Shown here piece by piece: positions 1 to 12,046 of a DNA stretch of 63,947 nt (its first letter is position 1; each line of letters starts with the position of its first letter). The DNA lies in contig JAHLWZ010000873.1 in the NCBI GenBank assembly GCA_020536535.1, positions 1-63,947 of the forward strand, in the 5' to 3' direction. Below the pieces are notes generated by a model. That model saw only the letters and a list, made by a program, of their open reading frames with translations, made no database searches and was not told the DNA's origin. Made by a program: the position numbers and the translations under genes. This stretch comes from Pelomyxa schiedti (Eukaryota > Protista > Evosea).

Positions 1-148
1 GTTCTTTATTGTTGGAAAGAGTGTGAAGTGGTGCGACGGACGCAACAACATCATCCACACCAGAGAAAAGCACCATCCACATTGGGCAATCTTCCAACGA
101 ATTCTAGAAGCAGATCTCCGCAAGCAATTTTTTTTAAAGAGGAATTAA

Positions 149-1700
149 TTACAGTGAGGGGCCCGGAAAAATAGGCTTTTTCAGGAACGAAGCGAAATCA
201 CTTGGCGAGAACGATGGCATCACTGCCAGATTCGTAGCTGTGTGATTCCAGAAGCCAAGATGTTCTTCACACTCGGGTGAGAACCTTGGTTGTCGCACCA
301 GATAGTCCTTGCAGAGAGTCATTCCAATAACATGCACTTCGCTTGATAGCTAAAACATTCGTGAGAATAAAAAAAAAAAGAAGTGAGAGTTTTCAAACCT
401 TAAAGCAGGTGCTGGGGTGCAACGTATAAAATTTGATAGGCATCGTGGCGAACGATATGGCCTCGAAGCAACGCCCTTTGTGCGCCACAAGGCACACGAG
501 TACGAAGCAGCCTGCGCCGACCCCTCTCCCTATTGGGATGTGCACTTCGGGAATTCTGCGCACCCCACCACGAGATGTCGACCCCTCTCGCTCCCCGGTT
601 GCATCGTTCGCTGATCGAAGTAGTTCGTCGAAATGGGAACCGGGGATTGAAGGTGTAACCGCACCCGAGAAGATAAGCAAGCTGACGGAGCGAGATTCAG
701 TATAGCCTTGGGCAAGGTAGTTACACACTGGGTCTGGTAACAACAAACCGCGGGTAGAGTTTTCCCCTCTTGGCTGCAGTGTCATGAATAGTGAAGTGTC
801 TTCTGTTTGTTTTGACACTCTGTGGAATAGGTCTGTTCTTAAGAATAACAAAGGCATCCCGGTTAGGAGAAGTCCAGTCCAAGTCATAACTCCCTTTGTT
901 ATTTTTAAGAACACAGACCTAATATATATAGGAAGATTCATATGAACGAAAGATGTTTCAAGGATCTTTCGTCCATTTGGGGGTAGATTTCCCTCCTGTC
1001 CGCTACCTAAATATTTCCACCTGTTGCTACAAAAACCATCATGTCCGCACTTTTCAAACAAGACCTGATGATCTGTATTTAAAAAAGCTGATTCGTACCC
1101 GATCGTAATCTTCATGGCTTCTTTCCCTTGTTTTTACTTTCTTGATAAGTGTACCTTATCTTTGAGTTGATGCTTACACAGCCGAAAAAGGGGGCCAATC
1201 ATGTTGTTGCACAGTATCCTTTATCCAGCTTCCTGGCAGCAGTTGGGGATAGAAAGATCATCTGTGCTGGAGTGATCGCGTGGTTACCATTCCAGCTAAA
1301 AGGATATTCACAGATTGCCGCACTTATGCTGTGGTTTTGTTAGGAACTGGTTTTTATTCTTTATCTTCCAGCTGTATCTTGGAATTCCTCATGAAAATGA
1401 GGACTGCAATAATTTCTCCAGTTGAGCCACCTTTTACAACATCAACAGTCAACAGACCGAACACGAAAAAGTCAACCGAAGTAAACCCCCTTCGCGGACT
1501 CTTGGTGGGCCCGTGGCACAAGAAAACTGATAGAGGAGACGGCAGACGAACCTCAGAGATCCTCCATCTCTTAATAAAAAAATTGTCCTTCAGATTTAAA
1601 TTTTTTTTTTTTTTTGTCTTTGAGCTTTTGGGACAACTTCGTTGGTGGCAACTTGAGGGCAACACGGTGCCTTTTTTTTTCGTCGTGATAATCGCATTTC
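149..1700 (-). CDS. Hypothetical multi-exon protein (5' boundary uncertain)
   Basis: Long minus-strand open frames (393-1115, 149-337) separated by short GT..AG segments; no family motif recognised. Confidence 0.4.
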
Positions 1701-1776
1701 TTTTGCCTTTGTCGTTGTGATTTTACGGCTTACTAGCATGTAGTTTCTCAGCGCGAACGAACAAAAAGGGGAACAC

Positions 1777-4272
1777 ATGGAACCCAAGTAAGACGCTTTT
1801 CCCTTGTTTTTTTTCCCCATTTTTCTCCAGTAGTTAACATTTTTTGGATTGGCACCAGTAAAAAGCGACCAAGAACAAGTGTGAAGTACAAAGGAATATC
1901 TGAAGTGCTTCGTCCGTTGTTCAAACTTACACACGAGCCTATTTACACCACACCCACAATTCCACCATCGCCCTCGTCGCCGCCATCGCCCCCGCCCAAC
2001 AATAACAGCAACACAACCGCCACCTGCTTCAACGTTTCGTACGTTCCACATGATCCACACAGGGCCCTGGTCACTGACGATACACAGCCCACAAAGCCCC
2101 ATATAAAGCTGGTTGATGGGAGGTTCCTTACTCTGGGAGGTATTTTCCTACTTTGCTCGTACCTAATTTTGGGTGTGGCAATCATGTGGATTCATGGGGA
2201 TACTAGATACTCTTGAGAGGCCTCTGGAGATACGTCTGGTGAATGAAACTGTAAATGGACGTAGCAGTGGACCTCTTGTACTTAGAGTTCTTGAAAAGAA
2301 ACCTTCTTCGTCGTACTGGGAGAGAACCAACACAGTAATACGTATCGAAACCCTCATGACCTACCTAATCTTTTGACCAACTGCATTAGAAACGGCTCCT
2401 GTTAGCAAGTCATCTGGGGATTTGCCCCCTTGGGTTGGTGGGTATCCTGCTAGCTCTGTTGAGCCTCAGTTCTTCATCAATGCACCTTATATGGTCGTGG
2501 GAGGACCACCCCCACCTCCCACACAACCCTCACAGTCTGGAATACAACAACCAACTTCTTTTGAGCTTCCCTCTTCACGTTCTTCAACTACTTCACAATC
2601 CAGTCCAAGTGCATCTAGGACCAGTTCCAAACACCCAGAAAGCAATGTCCCCGCAGCAGAAAATAGCGCAGTCACCCAAACTACCAACGTCCTGAAGGGT
2701 TCGAGCGCAGCAGAATACAAAGAAACAAATGTTCTTCCTCCCCCCACCCAATTGGAGAAAGTAGGCCCTGGCAGCAGCACCAACCAATCTCCATCCTCTT
2801 CAAAATCGGACAGTTCTTCATTGCAGCCACATTCTTCTACTCCTTATGGTTTGTTAATTGGATCTTTAGCGCAGGCAACACCTGCAACCCCAATCAAAAA
2901 TTTGCCAATTGCATCCCAAACAACAACTACTCCACCACCTCCCCCAACATCTTCTTTCCTTTCGTCTTCACCTGCACTTTCCACTCCTGCAACGGTGCCT
3001 AGTAATTCCCGTAGCCATCAACGAGGTGGGCGAAAGAGCAAGCTCACACAACAGAATCAAACACAGCAATTACCCTCTACCCAGCGAGTGCCTTCACCTG
3101 CTTCTGGGCAATCTCTGTGTACAGTTCCCACAAATACAGCAAATCTTATTGCCTCACTTGGTTCCGAATCTCTCAAAGAGGCTGCACCCTCCCTGCATTC
3201 TTCAGCAGTTCTCCAATCACCTTTTGCCACGCAAACCACGACCTCCACATCATCCAGCCTTTCACTGTCTTCTCACACACCACCTCTACCTCTACCTCTA
3301 CCTCCACCTCCCCCATCAACAGCAATGCCTTCTCCTTCAAGAAATGTAAACCAAGTACCCACCCCAAATCCTGTCATGTCTGCCCATGCAGTGCGTGTCT
3401 GGAGAGCTATGACACAAAAGGTCCCCAATTCTACAGAGGTGTCTTGGCAGGATGTTTGTGACTATGCCAACGCCAACTTCTCTATTGACCTATCTAATTT
3501 CAAGCAGCTTGGTGTGCACTCCACTCAACTTACCACAAAACGGCTCACCTCAAAAAGCATGTGGGGACAAAAACACTGTATCCTTGCAGAGATGGCTGAG
3601 TTTAGTCTGTTGTTGGTTTACCTGTGAGGATGTTACCTCTTTCACCATTGATCAGGTAAACACTGAAAACGACATACAATTTTACTGATTTCTATCAAAA
3701 ACAGACCATTCTTGCGTTTTGGGAAAAAACTCCGTACCACCGTTTTTCTTTTAAATTTGTCTTTCACCAATTACTAGATGGTTCCACGGTTTTGTAGGGA
3801 AAAACCAAGCAGAAAGAATTATCAAAAAGGCTCCTGCGCCTGCAACCCTTCTCCGCTGCTCACAGACGGCCTACGGACTATATGTCATTGACATGCACTG
3901 TCCAACTGTATGTCTTTCCTTTACTGGTACCACTCTCCTAACCGGTAATAGGGAGTATTCCATTCAAGAATTGCCCGGCACACCAAGAGTGACTGGTGGG
4001 TCTGGGTGGGTGAGAACACACCGCACCTTGCCGCAATTCCTGCTGATATCGAGTGGAACTCTGGCTACTACCTTGTTGCCGATGACTCCACTTTGTATCC
4101 CCAGACTACCAAGCCGACATTGGAAGCACTGGTGCTGGAAACAATTCTTCCTAAGATAGGCGGCAGCACTGTTACTATGTGCCCTAGAGCGCCTTCATCT
4201 GTGGCAACTTCCAAGAAGGTAGAAAGTGCCAACGAAGAAGGGGACCCCGAATCCAACAAAACAAGTTCATAA
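1777..4272 (+). CDS. STAT-like protein: basic N-terminus, beta-rich domain, long P/S/T/Q linker, helical linker and C-terminal SH2 domain
   Basis: Spliced start MEPN|KKRPRTSVKY; after the intron near 3735-3778 the frame reads WFHGFVGKNQAERIIKKAPAPATLLRCSQTAYGLYVID, matching the SH2 W-F-H-G...A-E...(F)LLR-x-S signature; preceded by AVRVWRAMT..EVSWQDVCDY, resembling the STAT/Shk linker. Confidence 0.7.
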
Positions 4273-4317
4273 AACAAATTTCAGTGGTGTTGCATTTTCT
4301 TTCAAAATGTGTTTGTG

Positions 4318-7300
4318 CTACTGAGCCAACCACCGCCGGCAGTTCTTTGAACCACACAGGCATTTGGTTTTCTTCCGCCCACCAACCAACTTCATGCAGT
4401 AGTCAAATGTGAGCTCGGTGAGTGGTGGGATTTCCCTTGCTGAAAAAAACGCGATTCGAGGGAGCTGTTTGTTTTGTCAGTCATTTATGAGATTTGGTCG
4501 AGTACTCTTTTATCCAGGTGGTCTATCCAGAACCAGTATTGCACAAGGTTCGGCTCACAGCTATGATTGAGGAATCGAGCAATGTTCCCACAGCGGTCAG
4601 CATCTATACTTCATGCAGTTAGATACACGAAAACGAATTGAAAGTATACACGAAGGTAGTTGACCCTTCAATATCCAAATCAAAAAGGTAGGATACGTCA
4701 GAGCTGCGCCTACAAACCGAAAATGAGAAGAAGTGTAGGAGGAGGTCTTACTCTTGTGCTTCTTCATCAGTTATTAATTCTCCAATGTATTCCGCCACAA
4801 ACATCCCTTTTGGTATTGTACAAGTTGCTCTCAAACCCCACCCAGTGTGTGGAGTGCGAAATATCTAGTTCAGTACGGTCAGATTGGCATCGAAATGGTC
4901 ACCTCAACTTGAACAGGATACGGCCCTAACTTAAGAGAATTCTGTATGGTGCGAAGACTACATGATTCTGTGCAAGTACAGAAGCTATTACATTCGTATC
5001 TAACTAAACTTATAAATGAAAGAATTAAACATGAGGAAACTGCAAGTACATTGGGGAAGGTGGGGGAATTAGAATCTTGCCAGTGTCGTCAAATGGTTTG
5101 CCTGTGTGTTGGATTTGGTTACACTGTTTTTTTTTTGGAAAGAAAACTTACTGGAAATAAGATTTTCATTTTTGTTTTCTGTCATGCACTGGCAGTTGTC
5201 CAAACATACTCCCTGACAGAAATGGCAACAGGCCACAGCTGCACCCCATGGGACGGAAAAGGAAATCTTGCTCTCTCGTAACCACTGGCAAACGAAAAAA
5301 TTACTTTAAGCCTAATGGAATGAAAATGTACCTCGAATGCATCCTCAGGAAGAGGTGTGTGGTCAATTTCGTTCACTGCTGTCACAGGGATAGGATATAC
5401 TCCGTTGCTGATATCACCTGAGCAACTCCAAAAGTACCGTGTTGGTTGCATTAACAACATGGTACATGAATTCACTGTGCTACAAGGCCCGTTATCAGGT
5501 GGACTCCTTAAGATCGCAGGTTCATCACTTTTTGTTGCACAGACACTTGTTGATGAAATTGGTTCTATTTCTCCTGTACACGAACTTGAACTTGCTGCGG
5601 AATTGGGCACTTGAACAGAGGCCAACCCTGTGGAACTGTCCATGAGAGCATCGCAAGTTTGTTCTGTAACGCTCTCGTTATACACTGGTTTCATCTGAGG
5701 AGCACAAAGTCGTGGCCTTTTTGAAGAAGGCTTTGGTACCAGTTCCAGGCACCCGTTCTGTGCAAACTTGAAAAAGGGAAAGAGAGGGGAGAAGAATACC
5801 TTAATTTGTGAAACAGCAAGGAATAACTCATGAAGGATGACCCCCGAATCTGGCTTGGGGTCTAAGATGAATGATTTAAGTGCTTCTTTACATGTACGAC
5901 CGTCTCGCAGTGATTTCATCCTACAAAATGTACTTTATTTTCTTCTGCTTCTTCTGAGGTACCATACAAAATAGAACTGAACTGTTGCGTGCATGATAAC
6001 TTTTCCAGAGCCTAGAATACATCATCACTATAGTTGGGAAAAAAAGTTACAGGAACACACTGGTAGTAAATTTTCTGCATCGAAATCTTCGATGGGTGGT
6101 TCAGCGGGTCTGTAGTGCGTACTGATACAAGACAATTTCCTTCCAGTGATGGCAGCTAATGACGCAACAATTCCTTTTTTGGGGGTAATGAACGCTAACG
6201 ATATCTGGAGGGGAAAAAACCTGCGATATACACAGGCGGATATGAAAACTGAGCTAGCAGGTTTGACTCCTTCCGTGAGAGATGGTCTTTTGGGGGGTTA
6301 TTTCGGTGATCGACCCAAGTACTGTCGTAGTAAGAATCATTCACGAGATCAATTAGGGTCTGTGGAGCTGACACAGCCTTGAGCAATGCTATGCCCCGTG
6401 ATAATGTGGAGTCGGCACAAGAAGACGTGGAAACCAGAGCACACGGACCAGTGTCGGATGGCAAACATGTATCACGGGCCGGTAGTGGAAGGTCACGCGC
6501 CGAGCTCTCGTCTGTGGGGAGTTGACTTGAGTCCATTTCAGGTGTTGAAACTGTCGTAGAAGTGCTAGTGCAAATTATGCTGAGCGTACTTTCACAAACT
6601 TCGCTGAGTGCACTTGTGCGAGTTGTCTTGGCTGTGATTGTTGCAGGTTCGCTGTCCAACAGTAGATCAGGTTGTATTGTCTTTATAGACTGTGTACCGG
6701 ATGTTTCAACCTCTTCTCTGGTATCAATCTGTGACCCACACCTCGCTGTTTGCGAAGCGACTTCCAAACACACATCAGCACAGAGTTTGTTTTGATTGGG
6801 AAGTTGTGGAAGTTGATTGTCCGCACTCAATCCATTGGCAATGGTAGGAGATGTGCTTTCCTCACTGTCGGTTACTTCAATGAATTCCTCAGGGATCTCT
6901 TCTTCCTCCTCCTCTTCTTCTTCACTGGCATACTGAGTGTTATTGCAATCAGCCTCTGTTTGGACAACACTGTCCGCAGCATTGTTGATAGTCTGGACAG
7001 CAGGAACTTCCGACACAGTAGTAGCATCCGCAGTTCTCACAGGCTCTACTGTGCGCTCAACAATGGCAACTTCCTCATCATCGACGACTCTAACATCATC
7101 GTTTGTTGGGGCATCGTCATCATCTTCAATTATCACGGGAGCTTGGCTTGTGGTAACTCCAACGCTTGCCTTGAGGGACAACCTTTGGAGGACTAAAAGC
7201 TTATTATCAGGAGGTTCAATTTCCTGCTCATCCAGACCTTTAAAGGAGTAAGTTCCAAGGCACGGAGGTGTGCAATGAAAAAGTTAGGATCTTGGATAAT

Positions 7301-7434
7301 CCGTCGACACCGTCATCAATCACAAAGGGTTGGTCAAGTGACCGGCCACGGCTGTCCACAATACCACAACGCTCGCTGCTGTTTGTCATAGGCCAAAGCG
7401 GTGTCGCAACTCCGGAACTGCTGCCCAAGTTCAT
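4318..7434 (-). CDS. SUV39/Clr4/SETDB-like histone H3K9 methyltransferase (pre-SET, SET, post-SET)
   Basis: Spliced: DISNGVYPIPVTAVNEID (pre-SET), Cys-rich pre-SET, SYLFDLD..IDADRCGNIARFLNHSCEPN, LPRIAFFSAREIPPLTELTFDY, post-SET KCLCGSKNCR; long acidic low-complexity N-terminus. Confidence 0.9.
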
Positions 7435-7627
7435 CCCTCTCCTCTTGCTTTCTGTTTTTTTTTTAATTTGCTGTCACCCACTCGGGGTCACCGACACACA
7501 AGTTTAGAATAGAGCAATAGGAGCATAGGAACTGGCCGAAGCCCACACAAGCAGATCTGGAATTAAATTCCGATCACAGATCCACTGATCGTGTCTTTTT
7601 GCCTTCGACACCCGAGCAGGGCGATAT

Positions 7628-10600
7628 ATGGTGTCCCCCCCCAACACCTTTTTTTTTCCTCCCCTCCCTTTTGTTTTAATGCTCCTCGCAATTTTGGCAG
7701 TCAGCAACGAAAAACCTGTCAAATAATGGTAACAATGACGACGAGCTTGGATCTAATACAACGGCAACGGCAACTGCAACTTCAACAACTACATCTAGTG
7801 AGTAGAAGATGAGCCTAATTAACGCCCCTTAATCTACACTAGCATCTATGTGCGAGATGTGCAACAAAAGAGAGGCCACTTTAGAATGTGACACGTGCGG
7901 ATTGGTTTGCACCTAACACTTGTAAAGATCTTCTCACTGATGCGTTCTCAACTTCGTAGTTGTGTGAAAAAGATTCTTCCAAAGTGCATAGGAAAAAGAC
8001 AGGGCCACCACATCACATTCACAAACTACCACTTTCGTCAGATTTCGTTACTGCCTCTAGTTCGTACCACCGTACTGGTAATTGATTTCTCCAAACACAC
8101 AATTTCCAACTTTATAAAGATGAGTCCGCTTGTGTGCTTTGCCACAGTCCACCCTCACAGGCCCTGCAATTACAGGTACTTGCCTTCTATAACATTCAGT
8201 CCTTTACTCTGGCACCAGTGTGGCCACCTTATCTGTAGGAAGTGTGTTGATGCATGTCTTTCGCTAGCAGTCTTATCACACTCTACATTGCTTCAGGAAT
8301 CAAAACCAGCCGCTCTAGCACCCAACCCTAGTGACGGTTCATATGCAGTTCTGGCATGCTCAAGGTGCTCAGTTAAAACATTCATCCCAGTAGAAGAGGG
8401 AGCCAAAGCTTTCAAACAGGCTCCACCTGTCCAAGTCACTCCGGCTGGAAATCCAAAAACCAAGGCATTTCAATACGGAAATGCTCTTTCTTATGGCTGC
8501 CCTTAGGTGTTATGTGATGAATGTAAAGGAACAAAAGAGCAGGAAGAAGCCGTTTATTCATGCACCACATGCGATTCTGTATTATGTAGTCGTTGTTGGC
8601 AGAAGATTCACTCAATCAGGGTCTTTTCCTCCCATTCCAAGTCTCCTCTGGTTCCGATTGAAAGTGGTGGTCGCAATTTTCCACTTATCTCTAAAATGTA
8701 ATTTAGATACCTGCAAAGTTCATCCGAAAAATGCAGCAACACACATGTGTGAAGAATCTGGGGATTTGGTTTGTCGGAGTTGTGTTCTTAACCACATCAA
8801 TAAGGTACATAGTAAAAAAAATTAAACCTGTTAACTTGAAAAGGGTCACAAGCACTTTGAGCTAGAAAAAATGTTGCTCCATAGCCGAAGTATGCTCAAG
8901 GACGATATCAACAAATGTGCTGTGTACAAGGAAATTCTTATGCGCATTCTGGAACAAAAACAAGAGTATCTGAGGAAAATTCAAGCTGTATGTAAACAGT
9001 ACCAGTGTGCAGATGTGGTAATGTTGGGATAGGTCCAGAGAGACCTAGAGAAAATTGAGAAGGCTGCTGAAGTTATAAACCAGATTACATCAAAATACAG
9101 TGTTGAAGCAACACATAAGTGTATTTCCTCACTTCCAGTTGAATAAACAAAATTGATTTTACATTTAGTGTGCGAATTGACCGAGCAGGCTAATGCACTA
9201 TCCTTTCTCTCTAAGCATTTTGCTGAAAGTGTCGCAAAAATCAGCAGTACATTTAATATGCCAATTGAGGAGTTTTTGAGTGCCGCACTTTATGAGTCAA
9301 ACTGCTTCCTGGTTTTGATCCCGACTTTTTTTTTCGCACTAGTCTTACAGATGAAAGGCTGTGGAGAACCTACTGAAAGGGATTCCCAGAGAAAGTTTTT
9401 CTCCTGTTATCCAGTGGTCTGGTTGTAGAATGGATTTGTCTGAGTTCTTGTCCATTATTCAATCACTAGGCAAATGTTGTGGTTGTTTCGTAATCTTTGC
9501 ACTTCCTGATGGAAATTAGTTACCCATTTAAAGCGCACTGGGTCAGAGATTGACTCTGTGCAACCCCCTCACCCCAAACACACTCGACTGGAAACGCCCT
9601 CTCCACATAAGATAATGCCCACAACTTCCTCATCCACCTCACTTACATCGTCGTCACAAACTCCGATACAGACACCTAACACTGCACCTTTAGTGAACAG
9701 TACGCCAATTACACTCCCAAACCAATTACCTGAACCAGCAAAATCCACAACGGTTGCAGTACACAACACCACTTTAATGGACATCATAACACCCTCTTCA
9801 TTGGACACATCTCTTTGTGAGGTCTCTGGGCAACAAGGTGACCCAAAGAACACCAGTATTGACTCCCAGCTCTCTCAGTGTGGAATGAGCACAAATGACG
9901 AATTTCCTTGTCTTTCCCAAACTAGATCATATACGTGGAATGATGATATTCTAGAATCATCGGCTGAAAACACCTGTTTATCCCCGGTGGGTAGCAGTCT
10001 GACAAAGGACAGTGAAGCCAAACCTAGTCACGGGAGTGAGGCTGGTGATATCCAACCTGATGTCAGGATGTCTCAAGATGCATTTGTTGAGAACAATACA
10101 TTTCCACACATTTTCGGGCAAAATTGCTTCCTTGATGTTGATGACTATGAGCCTGACCCTGTTATTGACAGTGGAATAGATCTAGACAGAGGAATTTTTG
10201 ACGATAAAGCCCTCACTACTTCAACATCACTTGAGCCCGAAATAAGACATTGTACGGGAGAACCAGTTATACCTGAACCAGAGCAAGAGCACTGTGATAA
10301 AAAAATGGATGTTCTGGAAATAAAAGCTCCTACTAACAACCCGAGTGAAGAAAATCCCACATCACCAACAGCAACTAAAAGCGTCACTAAAAGGCATTCT
10401 ACTGACTCCCCTACCGTTGTTTGGTGGAGTTCTCTATCCAGTCATTCGTTCGTTAAAATCAGTATGCCAATTCAAGTATAATTTTCATCCATGCCAATTA
10501 ACCAACAGAAAATGGTGATATATATGGCTGGGGCAAAAATGACTTCGGACAACTGGGTTTGGGTGAACAACAGCTTCCCCATCTGTCAACACCCCAGGAG

Positions 10601-11879
10601 ATTGTACTTCTGCATGGAATGAATGTAACTACCATTGCGTGCGGGGCTAATCACACTATGGCCTTGCTTGGTACAAGCTCTTCCAACCTCATCCTTGGCA
10701 TTCACACTTTTAGACACTGGTGATGTCTACAGCTGGGGTGACAACTGCCAAGGCCAACTTGGATTAAATGATTTTACCAATAGGCGGGACCCTAATGAAT
10801 TGACACTTTTTCATGGCAAAAAAACAGTGGCGATAGCTTGTGGGTGGGTTCACACAGTGTCTGTGCTTGGTACAACAGCCCAAATATATTCTTTTTCCGT
10901 TTAAACATTTCTCAGAGTCTGGTGCAGTCTTTTCCTGGGGACATAACAAGTTCGGGCAACTGGGAGTTAACTGTCTTCCCCCAAGCAGCGGTGCGCCGCA
11001 AGAAATTGTATGCTTAAGAGATAGAGGTGTGTCAATTGTTGCCTGTGGTGCTCATTATACAATGGCTGTTTTAGGTAATGATTCTCGTTTGTTTTGGCTT
11101 TCTAATTTTACTTAAAGAAACTGGAGATGTTTTTTGTTGGGGCGCCAACGAGTCTGGACAACTTGGATTAGGTGACAGCTGCCACAGATACACTCCCCAA
11201 CAACTGACACATCTGAATGGAAAGAAGACTTGTGCCATAACGTGCGGCAATTATCACACCATAGCGATGCTAGGTTCACCAGCTGAAACTTTTCTCCCTA
11301 TGTTCTTACTCGTGCAGAATCCGGGGAAGTCTATGGTTGGGGCTCAAACAACAACTGCCAGCTTGGAATGGGAGAAAAACCAGGAACCAACTTCCCAGAG
11401 GAGATGCCTTTCTTGAGCAAAAAGCAAGCCTCATTAATCTCATGTGGTGGATGGCACACTGTCGCCTTGCTGAGTACCCGATTCTTTCCCTTGAACTTTA
11501 ACAATTAACAACCAACACCTTGAATAAAGAATCCGGTTCTATGATTGGCTGGGGTAGAAACAATTACGGTCAGCTTGGGATGTCAGCGTCAGGTGGCCGT
11601 GACAAGTGCATGCCACACACAATTCCGCATCCTCAAAACACGGACAACCAAGGGGACTCCAAGCACACGAAAATCTGCAAAATCGCATGCGGTTTATTCA
11701 ACACTATCGCACTCATGGGTAAGCGTCACCCTCTCATTAGTCAATCAGAACTAAGAAACCGCTCAGAAACCGGCGAGGTCATTGGCTGGGGCATGTGGGA
11801 AGACCGGGATGGCCGTAGAATCTTTGTTAGTGCTGGGCAACGTTTCACTCTTGACAAAGTTGTAACTGCAATGTGGTAA
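7628..11879 (+). CDS. TRIM-like protein: B-box, RING, B-box1, B-box2, coiled coil, low-complexity linker, RCC1 repeats
   Basis: CEMCNKREATLECDTC (B-box); CVLC..CGHLICRKC..CSRC (RING); CDEC..CTTCDSVLCSRCWQKIH; CKVH..CEESGDLVCRSCVLNH; 6-7 RCC1 repeats G-x-V-Y-x-WG-x-N-x-x-GQLG...IACG-x-x-HT at 10510-11870. Confidence 0.85.
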
Positions 11880-12046
11880 TTGGCAACCACCTATTGACAT
11901 TCTCTATCCCCAATTCCCCATCAATTAGCACCCAAACTACGCCATGCCCAAACGCCACCAAAAAAGTAATTTGCCGGCGTTTGAACGCCATCAATTCCGA
12001 TCACCTGTTTTTCAAAAAAAAAAAAAAAACCTTGCTTACATCGTCA

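Noticed and set aside
1-120. Minus-strand frame EFVGRLPNVDGAFLC resembling the DGA motif of diadenylate cyclases
   Set aside because: It cannot be spliced in frame to the adjacent gene using the evident donor, no RHR motif is visible, and the segment is as easily the end of a plus-strand gene.
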